Made by a program: the position numbers and the translations under genes | Assembly (NCBI GenBank): GCA_046497275.1 | Contig: JAWOFX010000084.1 | Span: 32,941-64,940 of the forward strand | Length of the DNA stretch: 32,000 nucleotides | Origin: Promethearchaeia archaeon | GTDB lineage: Archaea > Asgardarchaeota > Lokiarchaeia > Sigyniarchaeales > SOKP01 | Direction of reading: 5' to 3' | Notes under the pieces: generated by a model | The model's database searches: none | Seen by the model: the letters and a program-made list of their open reading frames with translations, nothing else | What the model was told of the DNA's origin: nothing | Shown: one piece after another, positions 1 to 6,800 of the stretch | Numbering within the stretch: the stretch's first letter is position 1 | How the letters are laid out: every line of letters begins with the position of its first letter

Positions 1-664
1 TAAGGTCCCCTTGATGATATCTAACTCTAAGCTGAGTAAAATCATATTCATTTTTTAGAAATTCCTCTGCTATTCGTATTTTGCTTAATAAATCTTTATT
101 TAATTCAACCCCATATGCTACTCTCGTAGCAAAGCATGCATTTGCAGGTTTAGAGTGGACTGATAAATTGAAATGCTTACTCAGAACCCTAATTTCATTT
201 TTTGAGATATTAAAATCTATATAGGGAACAGAAATTCCTAACTCTTTTAGAGCTTTGAATCCCGGTCTATAATCTTGAAGTTCGGACTCATTAGTTCCAT
301 CAACAATCACATCAAAGTCATTTTGTTCTTTTATATTTAGTATTTCTGAATATAATACTGTTTTACAGAGATAACATCTATTTGGGGAATTAGCGACAAA
401 TAATTCGTCTTCCAATGGATCAAATTCCATTATGAGATAAGGGATTTCATAGTTTTCTGCAAATTGAGTAGCTTCACGTAATTCTTTCTCTGAAAAAAGA
501 CTTGAGGAGGCAATTAATAAAAGAGTTTTAGCAGCATACTTGTTTGAAAGATAAGCTAATAAGGAACTATCAACTCCTCCTGAAAAGGCAACAATAACTT
601 TTTTTTCCTTAAAAAACTCGACTAAACTTTCTAATTTCTTTTTAAGTTCTTCTGATAATCCCAT
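1..664 (-). CDS. larE: LarE-like ATP-dependent sacrificial sulfur transferase (PP-loop family), 3' end runs off the window
   Basis: Not in the ORF track; translated by hand from ATG at 664: MGLSEELKKKLESLVEFFKEKKVIVAFSGGVDSSLLAYLS...NRCYLCKK...DGTNESELQDYRPGFKALKE...KPANACFATRVAYG. It carries the PP-loop SGGVDS, RCYxCK, DGTN, RPG and C-terminal AC motifs of the LarE family. Confidence 0.85.
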   Translation of the reverse strand, partial: MGLSEELKKKLESLVEFFKEKKVIVAFSGGVDSSLLAYLSNKYAAKTLLLIASSSLFSEKELREATQFAENYEIPYLIMEFDPLEDELFVANSPNRCYLCKTVLYSEILNIKEQNDFDVIVDGTNESELQDYRPGFKALKELGISVPYIDFNISKNEIRVLSKHFNLSVHSKPANACFATRVAYGVELNKDLLSKIRIAEEFLKNEYDFTQLRVRYHQGDL

Positions 665-730
665 ATATACTTGCAAATAGGTTTAATAAATTATAAAAAT
701 AACTCAAATAAATATTAAAAAAATAAGAGA

Positions 731-1882
731 TTAATCTATTGGGTCTCCAAGTCTAGCTGCTTTATAAATATTGAAGAATACAGTAAGTACAAGTATAATT
801 GCCAGTGCTGCACCAACCCAGTGGTAAATATCGAGAACTAATCCTGGAGTAATGGCACTTATTTGAAATCCACTAAATAAATATATGGGAAAGATGTCTG
901 GTCTATTGATGAGATATATTAATAAGGGAAAATAAGCGATATTAAATAATCCATTAATAACCAACATAACTTTTTGCCCACCAATATTATTTGCTCCAAT
1001 CGCTAATCTAATCACTTCGATGAGGGCTCCTATTAATACCACCAAACCAAAAAATCTTAACCATTCAAGAAATTCTAGTTCAAAATAAGGTTCTAAGATA
1101 TAAAATGGCTGGATTATGCATACTAACCCAAAAATAATTCCGAGGATTGATCTTGCGATCAAATCTCCCGTGGAGACCGTTCGGATTTTCTTTTTTGCTT
1201 TTTTATGTGCCTCCGAAACCTTTTCTTTTGCTTCAATTATATTTTCTTTTGCCTGGGTTATAGTTTCTTTTGTTTTCGTTTTTGTCTCTCTTATCTTCTC
1301 CTTTGTTTCAATAGTGATAAACTCTCTTCTTTCTCTTTCAGATATCATATCTGCTGTTTTGCTTTGTATAATAAGGCCTAAGTATCTTGGTAATTCTCCA
1401 AAGTCTTCCGGTAAATATCCCTCCATTGATAAAAAGACGAAAAGACCAGATACAATAACAATAACTATTAAAAATCCTATGTATACTCCGCTAAAAAAAT
1501 CTAGAATTAATAAATACCATACTTTGAAGAAAAATTGAACGACGATTCGAATAAAATTTACCACAACCACTATTGCTAGAGAAAAGAGTAGAGCTCTTAA
1601 ATAAAAGTCCCATAATTCTTCAGTAATATAAAATTTAGGGGTTCCACGTTTCTTATAGATCTTTGCGATTGATTCAGGTGGACCTATTGCATATATTGCT
1701 TTTTCAATAACGGATTGAGTAAGTTCCTCTAACCCAGAAAATTCGATAGCTTTTTCTCGAATTTGTTGTTCTAAATCAAATAATATTTCGTTAACTTGAT
1801 CTGGTTTATCTTTAAGCCACTCAGGTAATTTATTCTTTACTTCTTCTAAAAAATCATCAATAAGATTATTTTTTTCACTCAT
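731..1882 (-). CDS. Multi-pass membrane protein with an N-terminal HAAS/DUF1700-like helical domain
   Basis: The N-terminus (DDFLEEVKNKLP...ILFDLEQQI...AIYAIGPPESIAKIY) fits the 'L..L..LP...I..E....lG.P..iA' pattern. It is followed by about 6 hydrophobic segments and a Lys/Glu-rich coiled-coil-like loop. Confidence 0.55.
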   Translation of the reverse strand: MSEKNNLIDDFLEEVKNKLPEWLKDKPDQVNEILFDLEQQIREKAIEFSGLEELTQSVIEKAIYAIGPPESIAKIYKKRGTPKFYITEELWDFYLRALLFSLAIVVVVNFIRIVVQFFFKVWYLLILDFFSGVYIGFLIVIVIVSGLFVFLSMEGYLPEDFGELPRYLGLIIQSKTADMISERERREFITIETKEKIRETKTKTKETITQAKENIIEAKEKVSEAHKKAKKKIRTVSTGDLIARSILGIIFGLVCIIQPFYILEPYFELEFLEWLRFFGLVVLIGALIEVIRLAIGANNIGGQKVMLVINGLFNIAYFPLLIYLINRPDIFPIYLFSGFQISAITPGLVLDIYHWVGAALAIILVLTVFFNIYKAARLGDPID

Positions 1883-1983
1883 AATCTTTTTCTCATTAAT
1901 TATTATTCGTTTAATTCTATTAAAACTCAGTAATTATTATTATTTACAGAGTCCAATTTTTTAAAAGGATGAAGATTCGGAAT

Positions 1984-2697
1984 TTAGGTTTTAAGTGTTT
2001 TATGAATGATAATGTATATTGGGATTATCCATATCATTATAGAGAACAAAATCATCCATTCCAGAAAAGGTTGAGATAAAGAGGTGGGGTTTATAATGAA
2101 TAGAATCCCCGTTGCTGGAGTAGCAAAAAACATGAATAATCCTATAGCTTTATAAAACATAGTGTCTTTTAACATTATCACGACTCCATTATATAATGAT
2201 GCAAGTCCAAAAGCTCCAAATACAAGCACAGAAAACTTCAAATGAAGCCCTAACTCAGTTGTTCTATCCTCTGAAAACAACCCAATTCCGAAAAATCCTA
2301 TAATCGCTAAAAACAGAAAAAATAAACCGATAATCGAAATAATCTTGGTTATTATTGAAAACACTTTTCCGAACACCCCTGGATATTCCTCGTAGTCTTT
2401 AAATAAAAGAGAGGCAAAATAAATAAAAATCGGGATAAATAAAATCGATGTTATCATGGCGCTGAAATCGAGAAGAAAGGGAGCAGGAGTATAATTAAAA
2501 GACCCAAGATCTGAAATATAATTGTCCCAAATTGTATAACCTTCGGGACCAAAGAAAAAAGCAATTATCACACCAAGTGTTAAAGAAGGAAGAAAAATTA
2601 AAAGTGAGGCATACATACAAGCTTTTATTAACTTAGGATTTGTGATATATGAATATATGTTTATGAATGATTTAATGATGGAATTATCTCGTTTCAT
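1984..2697 (-). CDS. DUF998-like integral membrane protein
   Basis: GYTIWDNYISDLG motif after the first TM helix, plus 5-6 TM segments with LHLKFS and LEW motifs typical of DUF998-type proteins. Confidence 0.65.
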   Translation of the reverse strand: MKRDNSIIKSFINIYSYITNPKLIKACMYASLLIFLPSLTLGVIIAFFFGPEGYTIWDNYISDLGSFNYTPAPFLLDFSAMITSILFIPIFIYFASLLFKDYEEYPGVFGKVFSIITKIISIIGLFFLFLAIIGFFGIGLFSEDRTTELGLHLKFSVLVFGAFGLASLYNGVVIMLKDTMFYKAIGLFMFFATPATGILFIINPTSLSQPFLEWMILFSIMIWIIPIYIIIHKTLKT

Positions 2698-2815
2698 TTT
2701 TTATTAGTTCTTAGTTTTCTTCTATTTATTAATCCTAAATAATTAAATGCTTAAAAATGTAGAGAAAAGTTTGATATTTATATATTATACCCTTTGCCCC
2801 AAAATTTTTCATGAC

Positions 2816-3724
2816 CTAAATACTTGCAAAAACAAAAGATAAGAGTCCTAAAAAAGCTCCAACCTTGAGAAATAAACTAATTTTTCCAAAACTCTTTTTT
2901 GAAAGATCACTCACCACAGAAAGAATGAATGCTATAATGACAACCGCAAGACCAAAAAACATCGAAAAAAGGTAAGCCCAAAAGTTAATGATATTAGTAA
3001 ATATAGGTAAGATAAAGAAACCTATTGCTAGTAAATCAAAAGCCATTGAGAAATATAATGCATTCTGAACTCCAAGAATTATAGCTAATGTCTTGACCCC
3101 TCCTTCTCTTTTATCTCCTTCAATATCCTCACAACCTTTCACAACTTCTCTAGCAAATAATAAAAAGAATGCTGTTAAAAAGAAGAAATAAATGTAAAGA
3201 GGGATATTATAACCGTTTAAGATTGCTCCATATAATAATCCGATTGAAAATGAAATACTCACAATAATATTACCAAATATTCCACTCTTTTTTCCATAAG
3301 CTGCATAGAGCCATCCTATAAATCCAAAAAAAACGGCAACAATAATATTAACATAACCTAAGTTCAATAATAAACTATGGATAATAGCCAATAATATACC
3401 AATTGTTAATATGATAATGTAGTAATATTTTGCTTCTTTTAAGGAAATTTCTCCCATGGGGATCGGTCTTTCAGGGCGATTAATTCTAGACACTAACAGA
3501 ATCTATCTGTTAATTTTATCTATTTCGACATCATAAATGTCGTTAACTATCATCCCTGACCCAGCAATTAATATATAAGTCGCCACTCCTATTATGAAAT
3601 TTAAGATAAGATCTAATAGAGGGACGCCGGTTCTTGTATTCAGAACACCTATGATAACTGTTAAAGCTCCCATCAAACAATTGATCGGGCGTATTATTTC
3701 AATATAAGCTTTCTTTAATGTCAT
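2816..3724 (-). CDS. Digeranylgeranylglyceryl-phosphate (DGGGP) synthase, UbiA prenyltransferase family; predicted join(3724..3516, 3485..2816), 292 aa after intron removal
   Basis: Track ORFs 3503..3736 and 2816..3493 are the same reading frame, separated by an in-frame TAG (3505-3503). Motifs: IIRPINC, NDIYDVEID[K]INRPERPIP and REVVKGCEDIEGD...KTLA, which are the two acidic motifs of archaeal DGGGP synthases. ATG at 3724 is the preferred start; TTG at 3736 is the alternative. Confidence 0.9.
3486..3515 (-). other. Putative 30-nt archaeal bulge-helix-bulge (BHB) intron within the DGGGP synthase mRNA
   Basis: mRNA reads CGAAAU-AGAU-AAA-AUUAACAGA-UAGAU-UCUGUUAGU-GUCU-AGA-AUU(AA)UCG. This gives a 4-bp central helix AGAU/GUCU, two 3-nt bulges (AAA, AGA) and a 9-bp inner stem with a 5-nt loop containing the UAG. 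Cuts after the second nt of each bulge excise 30 nt and give GAU AA|A AUU AAU CGC CCU = D-K-I-N-R-P. Confidence 0.8.
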
Positions 3725-3811
3725 GTGTTTTAGCAAAATTGATTTTTTTATTAATTATTAATAAAAAAGTAATTACTAAATACTTTACGAAATATATTTG
3801 ACAAAATTAGA

Positions 3812-6800
3812 TTAAAAGTTATCTAATTTAATAAAGGTAGAAGAATTTTTTACAATTCTAGCTCTTTTTACCGATTTGATATATCTATTGGAGGGAATTT
3901 TGATACCTTTTTGAATCGCCAATCTTCTCCAGCTAACCTTCCAACTTTCGGGGACAAGACCATTCTTAATTTTTTGAATGTTTTCAGTTAGAATATTAGA
4001 AAAAAATTTCAAGAGATCTTTATCATAGCGATCTGCTGCGTTTATAAATCCATGATTATCTCTAAAAAGATAGACTAAATTATTGGGATCTAAATTATAT
4101 TTCTCAAAATCAATATGATGCAAAATAATATCTCCATTGTTAAAATCCTGAAGATTGAATACTTCCCCTGTCAACATATCAACGAATTTCCACTGTTTAT
4201 GATTTGTGAGATATCTAAATAAACTCTTGAGTGTCTTGAATTCTTTAGAAACATTAAAAATTATTAGTTTTTCCTTATTTAATAGAGTGAATATCTGAGA
4301 TTCCGCATTGAAAATGCGTAATTTCCTATTCTTGAATTGTGCGGGATACCCATGGCATTGAACATCATAACCAAGATCTTCATAAGATGGATCTAAATCC
4401 TTTATTAAATGATTCATCGAAACCTCTAACCTATCTTTAAACCAACGAGCTCTAACTTTATTTAATATCGTTAATTTATCTATATCTAATCCGATTATAT
4501 CTTTTTCTTTTCTAAGATTTTTGATAGTCGGAAAATAACGCCCTTTTCTAATTTCAGATAATTTAGAATCGAGGTAATCTTCTAATCGCCGAGTATCACT
4601 CATAATTCCATTATTATAAAGATATTCAGTAAGATTAGGAGCAATGTTGTTTTTATCTAACCAACGAGATATGTATATTGATAGCCATTGAAAATCAGTA
4701 AATTCATCTGTAATATTCATTATATTTTCGGGTGTAGGAAGAAAAGTATAATTTGTAATTTGTTCCTTTAATGGATTTAATAAATCACGTAACTTTTTTT
4801 TATAAGTTGCCAAACCAGCCTTTTCTTGAAGTTCTGTTATTAGAGGCAAGTTATTTTGATTTAACCAAGAATTTACTAATGAAGGTAAAGTATCAAAATT
4901 CAAATCTGGTCGCTCTTGAATAATATTTTCAACAGTAGGAATGAAATTATAGGATTTTATTTCAATCAACTTCTCATCTAAAAATTCATAAACCGGGACA
5001 CTCTTTATTAGTCCAGCGTCTTTTTTCAAATCTGTCAAATACTCATATGAAATTTTTCCGTCTGAAAACCTAGCCTTAAACCAAACTGCAATTTGGTCAG
5101 AAGTTACATCCTCATAACCTGTATCTTTAATTACGCGATCCAATGTGGGTATATATCTCAAATTATTAATATCATCTAATTTAGAATCTAAAAATTGATT
5201 TAGCTTATGTTGCAAAGGTACATAAAATCGATTACTAAAATCTAAATTTAGTTTTTTCTCTAAATATTCAAGAAAACGATAAATGACAGGCTCAGAAAGT
5301 CCGACTTTTTCAATTAAATCTTTTTTATAAAGCTCATCACCCTCTTTATTAAATAAATAATATATAAACTTATAACATTTAATTACCAAATCTTTACGAG
5401 CTTCATTATATTTATATTTAAAAGTATCTGTAATAATCCCTTTAATTAAACTATCATTGCTTTTAAAACGCGAAATAGATTTAATCCCTTTACAGAATAG
5501 TTTATAACAAATTTCCATAATAGAATCTAAATCATCAGCTAAAAAAGTACTAGAAATAGAAAATTTATCATCTAAGTTAAGTCCGCATGACTCTAAAACG
5601 TTAGTTATCCTTCTTAAAACCTTTCGAGAAAGACTGAATTTTTTAGCAAGATGTTTTTTGGGTAATAATCTATCATGGAAAAGTAAATGAGAAATTACTT
5701 GAAAGTATTTCTTGATGACGCCAATACGCGATTCTGTGAATAAATAACCAAATTCCTTAATTATATTAGATAAAATACTTTCTTTGTTGGATTCTATGTC
5801 TTTAAGAGTATATTTACCACTTTCTAAAATCTTGTAGCATTTCTTTATGATTTCTATAGAATCTTCAACTGCGAAAAGTACATATACACGCGAAAAACCC
5901 TTCTCAATATACTTGCCTTCAACCTTAGAATTTGATTCTTTATCCATATTTTCCATGATATTGGATAATTGTTTAGATGGTGGAATAATAAGATCTTTTT
6001 CTTGTCTAATTTTCTCAAATAAAGGATAAAAAGGTAACCCATAATTTCTCATTAGGATTTTATTTATCGCATCCAAACCTAACATGATATCAGTTTTAAA
6101 AGTCTCTTTCATATTGTTTTTAAGCAAGAAATTATCAGTATAGGTCTGATCATATACGCAAAACTCCACATCCGAAATGAAATCACCTTGCTCTGAAATA
6201 TTCAATACACCCGAAATGGTGATCTTTTTTCTTTTCTTCTCGGGAAAAAATTGATCAGCGAACTTACGGGGCATAATCGATATAAAGGAACCAGAATCAA
6301 GAAAAGCGGTAAGGGATTGACCTTTAATTGTGATTTTAAATGGTTTATCAGTTCTAAGAGATTTTCCTATAGGAGAGGCATAAAAACATTTAATAGCTGT
6401 GTTAATATTAGGTCTAGAATATATCCAAAGGGAAGGTTGTGTGAGGAATCTACTCTTTTTTCTATTATCTATAGTAAAATAATTCCGCAATTGTCTCTCA
6501 GGCATGAAAATATCTCCACAGGATAACAAAGATTTTTTCATATCTTTTATTGAGTGTTTGGTATTATGAGAAGTTAAAAGGAAACATCTCAACGCTCCAA
6601 AATTTGAATCTTTTGGCTTGAATAGATTCCCATTTTGAAAAAGTAAATAGATAAAAACCTCGACTTGAGTGAGATTGAGATTAAATAGAGATGCAATATC
6701 TTCAAATAATAATTTTTTTTGTTCATTCACATAATAATTGCGTACGAAATGCATATAGTCCTTCCATTTATTCAAGTAATAAAATCCAAACATTTCACTA

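Noticed and set aside
3503-3505. Pyrrolysine or read-through of the TAG in DGGGP synthase, or a genuine two-subunit enzyme starting at GTG 3493
   Set aside because: Read-through would leave a 10-aa insertion duplicating (K/R)INR inside the most conserved motif, and a split would sever that motif. Exact BHB excision explains all features at once.
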